A stretch of 64,000 bases of DNA from an uncultured delta proteobacterium (GTDB taxonomy: Bacteria; Bdellovibrionota_C; UBA2361; OMII01). The notes under the pieces were generated by a model, which worked only from the letters and a program-made list of their open reading frames with translations, was not told where the DNA came from and ran no database searches. Numbering within the stretch: position 1 is the stretch's first letter; the number at the start of each line of letters is the position of its first letter. The stretch lies in contig CAIVDM010000191.1 of assembly GCA_903904735.1 (NCBI GenBank), forward strand, positions 1 through 64,000. The letters are read 5' to 3'. Positions 1 to 8,602 of this stretch are shown here, piece after piece. A program made the translations under genes and the position numbers.

Positions 1-1
1 A

Positions 2-1486
2 CAGCGACCTCTTGTGGTCTCTCAGCCTGAGCTTCACGGCGAAGAGCCTATCACTAAAGTTCTCGAGGGAGCTTCGAGTCTGGTTGTGGTTCCCATGGTG
101 GCGATTGGTCAGGTTACGGGGGTCCTCGTTCTTGAGCCCCTATCAAGAACGTTATTTCGCTCGCCTGAGCGCATTCGGCTCCTCATAAGCATGGCGAACG
201 AGATGGCGACCGCGATGATGGCCGGACGGTTCGAGAATAAGATGTCCGAGGCGCTTCGCATGCGTATGGCTGGCCTATTGGCATCGGGCGTGGCGCATAA
301 TTTCAATAACCTCTTGCAGGCTATCTTGGGTCAAGTCGCTTTGATTGAGATGCAGACTCCCAAGGGGTCGCCGATCCTCGATTCCTCGCAGACGATTACA
401 GAGGCGGCGAAGCGTGGGGCCTCACTCGTGAGTCAACTGCTGAACTTCGCGACGAACCCCTCAGCCACGAAGGCACCCACTTCAATGGCGGATCTGGTTC
501 GTGGTTCTTGGGACCTTTATCAGTCGCTTGTCGGTAAGCGTATCGTGTTGGCCATCGAGGCGAGTGAGGAAGACGCCGCGACCGTGTTGATAGATTCCTC
601 CCAAATCCAGCAAGTAATCACCAATATGCTCGTTAACGCGAAAGAGGCGGTGGAGAGTAATCCCGAGGGGAGAATCAGCGTCGCGGTCCGCGCTGTGACG
701 GTTCGAACAGGAGAGCTGCCGCCCGATGTTTCACCCGGACCGTTTATTCGTGTGGACGTCAGTGATAACGGCGTGGGAATGACGCCCGAACAGCAGGCTC
801 GATGCTTTGAGCCGTTCTTCACCACGAAGAATATCGATCATGGCACAGGTGTTGGGCTCTCGGGTTCAGGGCTTGGCCTATCCGCTGCTTATTCGATTGT
901 GAGACAACACGACGGGATAATCACGACACACAGTACACCGGGGCACGGTTCGACATTTAGCGTCTATTTACCGGTCTTCAGTACTCAGCGCCTGCTTGGG
1001 GACTCCAGCGCTCCAATCAACGGCGTAAAGCGGGAGGCGCGGGGAGTCTTGCTTTTAGGAATGGAGTCGGGGGTTCAGCCGTTTGTTAGCTCGGTACTAG
1101 AGTCCTTAGGATACGCGTCCCGAGGCGTGTTTGACCTGAGACAGACGAGCGACGTGATTGCTCGCGAGCAGGGAAGGTGGAGCGTCGTCATGGTTGACGC
1201 CGACGGTCTGGGAAATCAGGCGGTTGCGGTGTGTACGCAACTTTTATCCGATTTCACCGATTTACGTATCGTGTGCGTCGGATCGAACATTAGTGGACGA
1301 GCCGGTAGCCCGATGGAGAGCCTGAAGGTGCCGAGAGTACAGTTTGTTGAAAAGCCACTCAGTGTTTGGAGCGTGGAGGCGGCATTACATAAATTGGTGC
1401 GGGGCGAGCAGGGCGAGCCCGATGACGCCAGAAGAGGTAATCCTGAGCTTCGTTTAGCGGGATCAATGCCGGCTGAAGCGGTATAG
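2..1486 (+). CDS. Sensor histidine kinase (HisKA + HATPase_c, with a degenerate C-terminal receiver-like region); probably 5'-truncated by the window edge
   Basis: H-box 'HNFNNLLQAILGQVALIEM'. G-boxes 'DNGVGMTPEQQARCFEPFFTTK' and 'GTGVGLSGSGLGLS'. The frame is open back to position 2 (the track starts at GTG 14). The N-terminal 50 aa look like the end of a sensor (GAF/PAS-type) domain. Confidence 0.8.
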   Translation, partial: QRPLVVSQPELHGEEPITKVLEGASSLVVVPMVAIGQVTGVLVLEPLSRTLFRSPERIRLLISMANEMATAMMAGRFENKMSEALRMRMAGLLASGVAHNFNNLLQAILGQVALIEMQTPKGSPILDSSQTITEAAKRGASLVSQLLNFATNPSATKAPTSMADLVRGSWDLYQSLVGKRIVLAIEASEEDAATVLIDSSQIQQVITNMLVNAKEAVESNPEGRISVAVRAVTVRTGELPPDVSPGPFIRVDVSDNGVGMTPEQQARCFEPFFTTKNIDHGTGVGLSGSGLGLSAAYSIVRQHDGIITTHSTPGHGSTFSVYLPVFSTQRLLGDSSAPINGVKREARGVLLLGMESGVQPFVSSVLESLGYASRGVFDLRQTSDVIAREQGRWSVVMVDADGLGNQAVAVCTQLLSDFTDLRIVCVGSNISGRAGSPMESLKVPRVQFVEKPLSVWSVEAALHKLVRGEQGEPDDARRGNPELRLAGSMPAEAV

Positions 1487-1543
1487 CCCCCAAGCCCGGC
1501 TCACAAAGGGAGCTTTTCAGAGAGCTCTTAGAAGGGAGATGCG

Positions 1544-1798
1544 ATGAGAAAGCGAATATTCCAGGCTTTTGCGCTCGATATACCTCAAGTTCAGGCGGGC
1601 GTGCCTAAGTTGAGTGCTCGCGGCGAGTACGAGCTTGCCCAACATATAGTCGCGTGCGCCCAAAGGTACGGTATACCGGTTGTGGAACAACCCGCCCTCG
1701 CCAGTAGTTTGGCGGAGGTAGAGGTGGATGAGGAGATTCCCGTAGAGCTTTTTGAGGCGGCCGCCGCGCTCTTAGCCGAGGTCGATAGACTTCGGTGA
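1544..1798 (+). CDS. FlhB C-terminal-domain-like small protein (YlqH/FhlB-like)
   Basis: 84 aa. 'ARGEYELAQHIVACAQRYGIPVVEQPALASSLAEVEVDEEIPVELFEAAAALLAEV' closely parallels the conserved cytoplasmic C-terminal domain of FlhB/YscU (AKG..LA.RI.E.A...GIP..E.P.LAR.LY..VE...EIP.ELY.AVAE.LA.V). Confidence 0.65.
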   Translation: MRKRIFQAFALDIPQVQAGVPKLSARGEYELAQHIVACAQRYGIPVVEQPALASSLAEVEVDEEIPVELFEAAAALLAEVDRLR

Positions 1799-1870
1799 CC
1801 CTTGTGACGACGAACCCTTAGCAGTAAAGTTTCTCGGCTAGCGACCTTTGCCCCCGAGGAGTTCTTATCG

Positions 1871-2527
1871 ATGCGAGCCTGTATCATCGCCAATAGTCCG
1901 AACTTTGAAGAACAAGCCGCGCTATGGCGCGCCAGCTTGGCCGATCTCGTGGTCGTTGCCGATGGCGCCATCGAACGTATTCCGGCTACATTCGCTCCGC
2001 ATATTGTCTGTGGTGATATGGACTCTCACGAGCCTCGAGGACATACGCGTCGGTTTCCTACCACTGAGTGGGTCCATCGGGAGTGTCAGGAGTCAAACGA
2101 CCTCGAAAAGTCAATTGCCGTAGCTATGGAACGGGGAGCGACCGACATTGACGTGGTCTGTGCTTTTGGGGGAAGGCTCGATCAAACCCTAATGACGTTC
2201 TCCGTTATGGAGCGCTTTCACAAAGAGGTTCCGATTACGCTTTATCATGACGGCTGGGAGGCGCGATTGTGCGGGTCCGAAGACGCAACCTCCAGCGCAT
2301 GCGCGCTGAACTTGAAGTCGGACGCTATCGTCTCTCTTGTCGTCCGTAGTCCGGTGGCGACAGTCACGATCTCAAATGTTCGCTGGCCACTCTCTCAGGA
2401 GCCGCTCAGACCGGGAAGTAGGGGCTTAAGTAACCGTTCGCTGGGCGGTGTTGTCACCACCACAGTTCACGATGGATGTGTTGTTGTGTGCTGGAGAACT
2501 GAAGATAGGGCGGACCAAAAGGCTTAA
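1871..2527 (+). CDS. Thiamine pyrophosphokinase (TPK) family protein
   Basis: 'VVVADGAIERI' (ADGGAN-like) and 'VCGDMDS' (GDxDS motif of TPK catalytic domain); about 218 aa, consistent with TPK length. Confidence 0.5.
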   Translation: MRACIIANSPNFEEQAALWRASLADLVVVADGAIERIPATFAPHIVCGDMDSHEPRGHTRRFPTTEWVHRECQESNDLEKSIAVAMERGATDIDVVCAFGGRLDQTLMTFSVMERFHKEVPITLYHDGWEARLCGSEDATSSACALNLKSDAIVSLVVRSPVATVTISNVRWPLSQEPLRPGSRGLSNRSLGGVVTTTVHDGCVVVCWRTEDRADQKA

Positions 2528-2584
2528 GAAATCACGTCGGCGTCAACGTTTTCTGCGCTTCTCTTGGGAGTTTTAAATCGATCG

Positions 2585-4795
2585 CTATCCGGCCCGAGCC
2601 TTAGAAGTGTGATGCACCACGGTGCAATACGTCTTCTGCGAGGCTGCGACACACTGACTGGCGAAGTCTTTGCCCGGCGCGGGATACTCAAGGTCAATGG
2701 TGCGTCCCGAGAACGGGCTCTGCACTTGCCCATCGATACTCATTCGTAGATAGAAGGAGCGAATCGGTAAATTCACGAGATCGCTATCGCCAAACGCTGG
2801 CGCGAACTCGGCCGAAACCGCGCTCGCGTCATCGGCTCCCACCCGAAACGAGAGAAGGTTAGCCACGTTTCCAAAGATAGTCTTTCGAATGGACCCTGGA
2901 AGCTGACTGAGAAATTGGTTGGCGAACGTGAGACTCAGGTTATACTTGCGAGCTTCGCTAAGAATCTCACCGAATGACTCAGTGGCGAAGTTTTGAAACT
3001 CGTCGACGTATAAAGAGAAGTCTTGACGATCCTCCGCGGCAATATCGGCTCGCGACATCGCTGCCTCATATATCTTCCAAACTAACATCGAGCCTAAAAG
3101 CGTCGCGTTCTCTGAGCCTAGAACTCCTTTTGATACTTTCATGAGAACGATCTTCTGGTTGTCCATAAGATCTCGGAAGTCGAAAAGGTTCGTATCCTGT
3201 CCAAGGATATGGCGTACAGTGTCTGTGGCGAGAAGCTCATCGAGGCGATTGAGAAGGCGGGACATCGGCCCCTCCTCAAATTCCTTCCGCCGCGCGACAA
3301 ACTCTCGCAACCAGAATCGCTTAACTGATTCATCGCGAGCCTGACGCACGATGTCGCCGCGGAACTTCTCATCCGCTAGCATTCTTCGGAGCGACACTAA
3401 GTTAGAGCCGGGCGCGCTGAGTAATCCGAGCACCGCGTACCGAAGCACATGATCCATCCGCTCGGACCAGTCAGCGCCAAAGACTCGCTTAAAGGAGTCA
3501 AGGAAGCTCATCGCGACGCGTAACTTGAGCTCCGGTCGAACGGGCGCCATGGGGTTGAAGCTCGGCGCGAACTCCTTGTTGGAGGGATCAAAGAGAACAA
3601 CGTCGTTGACGCGATGTTGGGGAATTAACCGCAAAATTTCATCAACGAGGTCGCCGTGAGGATCCAGCACCGCGCAGCCGCGGCCCTTCTCGATATCGTC
3701 TTTGATTAGAAGCTGAAGAAGGCACGACTTGCCACTCCCGGATTTCCCGAGGACATAGAGGTGACGCCGTCGATCGAAGCGCTTTATACCAAAGTCCATT
3801 TGATGGTCCCGATAGTTCGTGTGCGCGAAGCCGCCGACTGATGGATCTCTTGATGGTGTTGGGAGATCTGGAGGCGCGGGAGCGGTAGCGGACAATACCT
3901 GCGCGGTATTGGCGAAGTCGCCTAACATTGGGGGGTGAAAGACTGAGGTCAGTTCATTCGATGACAACCTAAAAGGCTTGACGAAGCGTCGCTCGCGAAC
4001 CTTGGTGAGGTGAGCGCCGCCAGAGCGTAGCGGACCGATAATAAATTTTTGCTCGGGTAGGTCGTAGGTGTGGCAGCCAAGACCCACTCTCTCTACCTGG
4101 CCCTTGAGTCTTTCGAGAGCCACGCGCTTCTTGTCGCCTTGAGCCTGGTTGTTATCTACGCAAAACGATGTGATTCGGTAATTAACGGAAAAGAGATGCT
4201 GAGTGCATTTGAGGAGAATAGCGTCTTGAGCGTTAACCGGGAGATCTTTCTTAAACCAGTTTCGGATCCGAAACGAGCTTCGAAGCCGCTCCTTTGCCCT
4301 GGCGCGGCGAAGCGAGAGGTTAGTCAGAGCGGAATCTCGCAGGGGGCGCACAATAATTTGCACTAAGATTCGATCGTCTTCGGGGATCTGTTGTAACGGC
4401 ATGAGGACCGGAATGAGGGACTCCGCCTCCATCTGCGTCCAGACTCGAATCGGATAAATATCGGGTCGCCACAGGGCTAAGTCCGCGCCGACTACAAGAC
4501 CGTTGCTTCCTAGACTCTCCGTGTAATCGTCGATGTCAACGATCTGCGCCGCGCCTAGCCACGAGTAGATGCCCGTAGCCAAGACATCGATCATCTCGTC
4601 TGATCCTGCCATGCAGAAGTAAACGGTCTTTCCGGTGGAATACATCTCGAGAGAGAAAGGATCCCAAAGAGTCTCGGCCAACTCGTCTAGCTGGTGCATG
4701 AAGAACTTAGGCCAGTATTGTTCCCACTTGGTGGCGTAGATAGCGGTTGCCGCACCGTCAGCGGCCTTGGGTATGTTGATGCAAACGACTCTCAT
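2585..4795 (-). CDS. Orphan HerA/FtsK-TraD-VirD4-superfamily P-loop ATPase (AAA_10/DUF87-like C-terminal half) with an uncharacterised ~340-aa N-terminal domain
   Basis: Walker A 'LYVLGKSGSGKSCLLQLL' followed by 'AVLDPHGDL'. Walker B 'FSLYVDEFQNF'. C-terminal 'ARKYNLSLTFANQFLSQLP' resembles the 'RKyG..l.l.tQ..sql' motif of TraG/TraD/HerA ATPases. No N-terminal transmembrane segments. Confidence 0.6.
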   Translation of the reverse strand: MRVVCINIPKAADGAATAIYATKWEQYWPKFFMHQLDELAETLWDPFSLEMYSTGKTVYFCMAGSDEMIDVLATGIYSWLGAAQIVDIDDYTESLGSNGLVVGADLALWRPDIYPIRVWTQMEAESLIPVLMPLQQIPEDDRILVQIIVRPLRDSALTNLSLRRARAKERLRSSFRIRNWFKKDLPVNAQDAILLKCTQHLFSVNYRITSFCVDNNQAQGDKKRVALERLKGQVERVGLGCHTYDLPEQKFIIGPLRSGGAHLTKVRERRFVKPFRLSSNELTSVFHPPMLGDFANTAQVLSATAPAPPDLPTPSRDPSVGGFAHTNYRDHQMDFGIKRFDRRRHLYVLGKSGSGKSCLLQLLIKDDIEKGRGCAVLDPHGDLVDEILRLIPQHRVNDVVLFDPSNKEFAPSFNPMAPVRPELKLRVAMSFLDSFKRVFGADWSERMDHVLRYAVLGLLSAPGSNLVSLRRMLADEKFRGDIVRQARDESVKRFWLREFVARRKEFEEGPMSRLLNRLDELLATDTVRHILGQDTNLFDFRDLMDNQKIVLMKVSKGVLGSENATLLGSMLVWKIYEAAMSRADIAAEDRQDFSLYVDEFQNFATESFGEILSEARKYNLSLTFANQFLSQLPGSIRKTIFGNVANLLSFRVGADDASAVSAEFAPAFGDSDLVNLPIRSFYLRMSIDGQVQSPFSGRTIDLEYPAPGKDFASQCVAASQKTYCTVVHHTSKARAG

Positions 4796-5101
4796 GAGAA
4801 CAGCTTTGACCTCGACCGTGGCATTTGCCTTGTATGTCGCAACTCTTCGATTATACGGCGAGCTGATGACTTAATCCAAATATAAGGACACCTTGGCTAT
4901 TCTGCATACTCTATAAAAACGAACGTAAAAACAGTGGGTTATGTGAGTCTCATGGTGCTTCGTCTCTGCAGCGATTCTCGGATTACCCACAAAAGAGCGC
5001 CGAATCGTTACGCATACCCCCAAAACAACCGTAGCACTTTGTGAGAGGAATAGGTCCTCACACAGTAGGAAGTTTTCTACTGCCTTTTACAGGGAAGTTG
5101 T

Positions 5102-5392
5102 ATGAATCTAAGTTCTGATTCGCTCCCACACCAAGATAGTCAATCAACACGAGACAAGGCACGGAGTACGGCTCCATCCCCGTCAGCTCGCGGATGGTTC
5201 GCTCTAGATCAAATGGTGTGCTCGCTCATCGCGCAACATGAGCCAGAGCCAAATATCGAGGCACGGCTCCGCGCTGAGATGCGGCTTATGACGTTGTCAG
5301 GGTGCGTCGACCCCAACCCATCGAACACGGCGAAAGCCTGTGCCGACGCTGTAAGGATCTTTGGCGACCTACGTAGAGCGTTGCCGAAGTAG
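5102..5392 (+). CDS. Hypothetical protein (96 aa)
   Basis: ORF only. It is preceded by an AT-rich leader containing two short hairpins. No recognisable motif. Confidence 0.25.
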   Translation: MNLSSDSLPHQDSQSTRDKARSTAPSPSARGWFALDQMVCSLIAQHEPEPNIEARLRAEMRLMTLSGCVDPNPSNTAKACADAVRIFGDLRRALPK

Positions 5393-5535
5393 CGCCAAGC
5401 GACAGTATTGGAATGGCGTAGGCTAGACGGCGTGCGTCATATGCTTACGCAGAGTGCTTGTCTATGCGTCAACGAGCCATGCGCACGTGGTCGTCATGCG
5501 ACGGAGGCACATTGTCTTTTTGCGGGAGGGGAGTG

Positions 5536-5832
5536 ATGGAGACCATATTAGGACTACTAGAAGGACCGTTTGGCGCGCTGATCATGGCGCTGTCGGGGAT
5601 TGTCTTCATTGTAACCATGGCGATCGTGTTTCCGATCGTGGCGTTTAGAGTCGCGTGGTGGTGGGGGCTGTTGTGCTTTTTCTTCGCTGGGCCCGCCACG
5701 CTCATATTTACGATCCTTCATTTTCAGAAAGCGAAGATTCCCTTCGTAGCCACGATCATCTCGGGACTGGTGGCTATTGGGATGTTTATGATGCGGTCGT
5801 TTATTAATACGTTCTTTGTGGTGACGCAGTAG
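5536..5832 (+). CDS. Small integral membrane protein (3 predicted TM helices)
   Basis: Start chosen at 'METILGLL' behind the RBS 'gggaggggag'. Hydrophobic stretches 'ALIMALSGIVFIVTMAIVFPIVAF', 'WWWGLLCFFFAGPATLIFTIL' and 'VATIISGLVAIGMFMM'. The track ORF extends to 5458. Confidence 0.4.
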   Translation: METILGLLEGPFGALIMALSGIVFIVTMAIVFPIVAFRVAWWWGLLCFFFAGPATLIFTILHFQKAKIPFVATIISGLVAIGMFMMRSFINTFFVVTQ

Positions 5833-5927
5833 GAGAAGTTATGCTTTTCTTCGATTCTGTCCTGCGACTCGGATACGAAAGAAGGGATTCAGAAATGAGG
5901 CGTTGGGTGCAACCAATCAGGACTATC

Positions 5928-5974
5928 ACCTGCCATTAAAGGGCTACGTTCATGTATGCCTTTTAATGACAGGT
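5928..5974. terminator. Imperfect 17-bp-arm hairpin between convergent genes (possible bidirectional terminator)
   Basis: 'acctgccattaaagggc' ... loop 'tacgttcatgtat' ... 'gccttttaatgacaggt' (15/17 complementary). It lies downstream of both the + strand membrane-protein gene and the - strand flotillin gene. Confidence 0.35.
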
Positions 5975-6059
5975 TATAGTCTTGGAAAATCCGTAAAGGA
6001 CATCCTAAAGTATAACCTGCCTGAGTGTTCACCTCCTTTCTAGTGCGAGGATTTATCGA

Positions 6060-8105
6060 TTACTCAGCAACGTCGGTAGTCTGAGCAGAAGTCGATGGAG
6101 TAGTTGGAGTAGTGGCGGGAGTCATGCTCTTCGCCATCTGCGCCATTACCAATGCCATCAGACCGTTGCCACTTCCACCACCTTCACCCGAGACTTGGAC
6201 GTCCGGGGTGATCTTAACATTACCTTCGGCAACAGCCTTGATAACGTTAACGAGCATCGTCGCGGCTTCGCCCACCGCAGCACGCTGAGCGTTGAGGCCT
6301 GTCGCCAGGGCAAGGCCCTGAGCTTCAGTAGCCTTGGCTTCGGCGAGACCCTTTGCCGCAATGGCAGCAGCCTCGCCTTCGCCCAGCTCCTTGGCCGCAA
6401 AGGCTTGACCGGAAGCCTCAGCCTTGCGGGCTTCAGCTTGGTTGCGACGGATCTCTATGGCCACTGCAGACTCGGCAAGAGCAGCTTGCTGCTCCGCCTT
6501 GCCGCGAGCGGCTTCGGTCGCGATCCGCTGCTCTTGTGCCTCTTGCTGCGCCTTGAAGGTAGCGACTTCCTGTGCCGCGATTTCTCGCTGCTTCAGAACA
6601 GACGCCAACTCCTCGGGGAAGCGGATGTCCTGGAGGAATACCCCCAAGGTCTCCACTTGATACCCGGTCAACTTTTCCCGGATATAAACAAGGGCCTCTT
6701 CTTGCACACGTTCGCGTTCTTGGATGAACGCGGTCGCCTGCATGGATTGGACCTTGTTCCGGAAGTAGTTACCCACGGCCGATTGGAGTACCTCATTTAC
6801 TAGGTTTTCCACGGATCCGACCATGCTGATAACCCGCGGGGCATTCACATCAGAGATGTGAATTTGCACCTGGAGCTCCAGCTGGAACTCGAAACCATCT
6901 CGGCTTTTCGCCTTGATGGTCTTGAGTTCCTGGTCGAGTTTGCCAGCCGCGTTCAATCCGTCCGCCCAGTAGAGCGTCAGGATCTTGGTAGGCACGATCG
7001 TGGTTTCATAACAACGAGTGTTAATGAGCCACGATCCAGTGCGAATCGCTTCGCACCAGAGACCGCGGTGACCGGGCATCACGATAGAACCGAACTTGAA
7101 GTCGGCTCCCGAGATATCCGTGTCGACCGCACCGACCTTGGACTTGACCACAGCGACCTCACCCTCCAAGACGTGGAGGACAGGGAGCTGTTCTACCCGA
7201 ACCAACCAGGGGTTCAGGTAGTATGTGCCTTCGGTCAGGACGTCGTGCTGGAGACCAGTCTGGCCTCCAGCCGCTAGAAACGCCGCGAAATCCTGGTAGG
7301 CCAGGTGCTGCGTGTTCTGCGACGACAATATCAAGTTGATCCGGTCCTTGGGGTTCTCTACCTTGAGCACATCGTCCCAGCCGCCGAGGCGGCAGGCGAG
7401 TTGCCCGCCTTGAAGTGCCGGTCCCTCGTGAGAGGTTACGACACCCATCTTGTTGATGGCGAACTTGCGTCCGCCACCACCCCGCTTGCGCGGGTCGCCG
7501 TGATCCTCATCGCCGGTGACCTCCAAGGCTTCCGCCTTGATGACCACAGGCTTGAGGTTCTCAGCGTGCAGACCGAAGTCCTCGACGGTCACCCCCTTTT
7601 TGGAGAGGGCGGGGTCCATGGGGTTGCCGTAGACCCGGTCGCTTGTCAGGACCAGGAATGCCACCGGGTGGACCCGATAGACTCCAGGTCGCAGAACAAT
7701 CGACTGCTTGCCCTTTTGGCCCCCATTGTTGAGGAACGCTTTCACGTCCTCATAATCACCAAACTCCGGCTTGGAGATGGCGACACGGGAGCCAATTGGC
7801 AAAGGCTCGCCCACTTGGGCGATCACGAGTCCCTGATCATCGGGCCCGATCTCCACGGCAGGGTGCCGGGTGACGGTCTTAATGAACAATGGGACCCATT
7901 GCCATCCAGGCGAGAGCACCTCGCCTTCGTAGCCACATTCCCCGTTGAGAGCGATGAGCGCTCCCGACGGAAGGCGGCTTCTTCCGAAGCGCTTTTCGAC
8001 CAATCCGACTTCGTTGCCGTGGATATTCCGCCACGACAAGAGCCACCAGAGAGCAACGAGAACAACCGGAACCGACACGAGACCAACTGCGACAGAAGCG
8101 AACAT
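6060..8105 (-). CDS. Flotillin-family SPFH/band-7 domain membrane protein
   Basis: N-terminal TM 'VAVGLVSVPVVLVALWWLL'. SPFH region. C-terminal Ala/Glu-rich coiled-coil repeats 'EAQEQRIATEAARGKAEQQAALAESAVAIEIRRNQAEARKAEASGQAFAAKELGEGEAAAIAAKGLAEAKATEAQGLA', typical of bacterial flotillins (YqiK/FloT-like). Confidence 0.85.
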   Translation of the reverse strand: MFASVAVGLVSVPVVLVALWWLLSWRNIHGNEVGLVEKRFGRSRLPSGALIALNGECGYEGEVLSPGWQWVPLFIKTVTRHPAVEIGPDDQGLVIAQVGEPLPIGSRVAISKPEFGDYEDVKAFLNNGGQKGKQSIVLRPGVYRVHPVAFLVLTSDRVYGNPMDPALSKKGVTVEDFGLHAENLKPVVIKAEALEVTGDEDHGDPRKRGGGGRKFAINKMGVVTSHEGPALQGGQLACRLGGWDDVLKVENPKDRINLILSSQNTQHLAYQDFAAFLAAGGQTGLQHDVLTEGTYYLNPWLVRVEQLPVLHVLEGEVAVVKSKVGAVDTDISGADFKFGSIVMPGHRGLWCEAIRTGSWLINTRCYETTIVPTKILTLYWADGLNAAGKLDQELKTIKAKSRDGFEFQLELQVQIHISDVNAPRVISMVGSVENLVNEVLQSAVGNYFRNKVQSMQATAFIQERERVQEEALVYIREKLTGYQVETLGVFLQDIRFPEELASVLKQREIAAQEVATFKAQQEAQEQRIATEAARGKAEQQAALAESAVAIEIRRNQAEARKAEASGQAFAAKELGEGEAAAIAAKGLAEAKATEAQGLALATGLNAQRAAVGEAATMLVNVIKAVAEGNVKITPDVQVSGEGGGSGNGLMALVMAQMAKSMTPATTPTTPSTSAQTTDVAE

Positions 8106-8106
8106 T

Positions 8107-8131
8107 TACTGAATTCCTTTCATTCAGTAAG
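8107..8131 (-). promoter_or_regulatory. Perfect 9-bp inverted repeat immediately 5' of the flotillin start codon, with an RBS-like sequence in the loop
   Basis: + strand 'ttactgaat tcctttc attcagtaa'. On the - strand this reads 'ttactgaat gaaagga attcagtaa ATG', so the Shine-Dalgarno-like 'gaaagga' is in the loop and the 3' arm abuts the ATG. Confidence 0.35.
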
Positions 8132-8602
8132 AGTTTTCGGGTCAATGCGAACTACCACTTTGGCAGTTAATAACGCCGACCCTAAAGAAAATCAGTGAAC
8201 ACCACTGAATCCCTTCTTCCCTAGCCAAGTTTGTAAAGAGCTAAGTTGATATGGCGTGTTCCTAAAGGACTGTTACATACGGAGTGCCCTTAAGGCTGGG
8301 AGCTGATCATCATAATTGTTGATAATCGACTGTACATATTGAGTAAAGTTCCAGCCCGTCGATGGGTATAATCGAGATATGCAGGGAGCTCTTGCTGTCT
8401 TCCACCGCAACGACCACTGTTCCATCTCCCTAGTTTTCACTGAGGCAATAAATATAAAGCGCTTGATATTTAACGAAGGCATGAAGCCTCCGCCTCAAAA
8501 AGAGGCTCGAGGTGGAACATAATCTAGAAATACATAACATTGCGGTAGAAATGTTCCGACGCAGGGTGCGTTAGGCGTGGCGACTCGGCTGCCTGAGAGT
8601 GA

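Noticed and set aside
6195-8198. Plus-strand ORFs (202, 139, 297 aa) antisense to the flotillin gene
   Set aside because: They lie wholly inside the well-supported flotillin CDS on the opposite strand. Their composition is low-complexity Leu/Arg-rich, typical of antisense frames in high-GC DNA.
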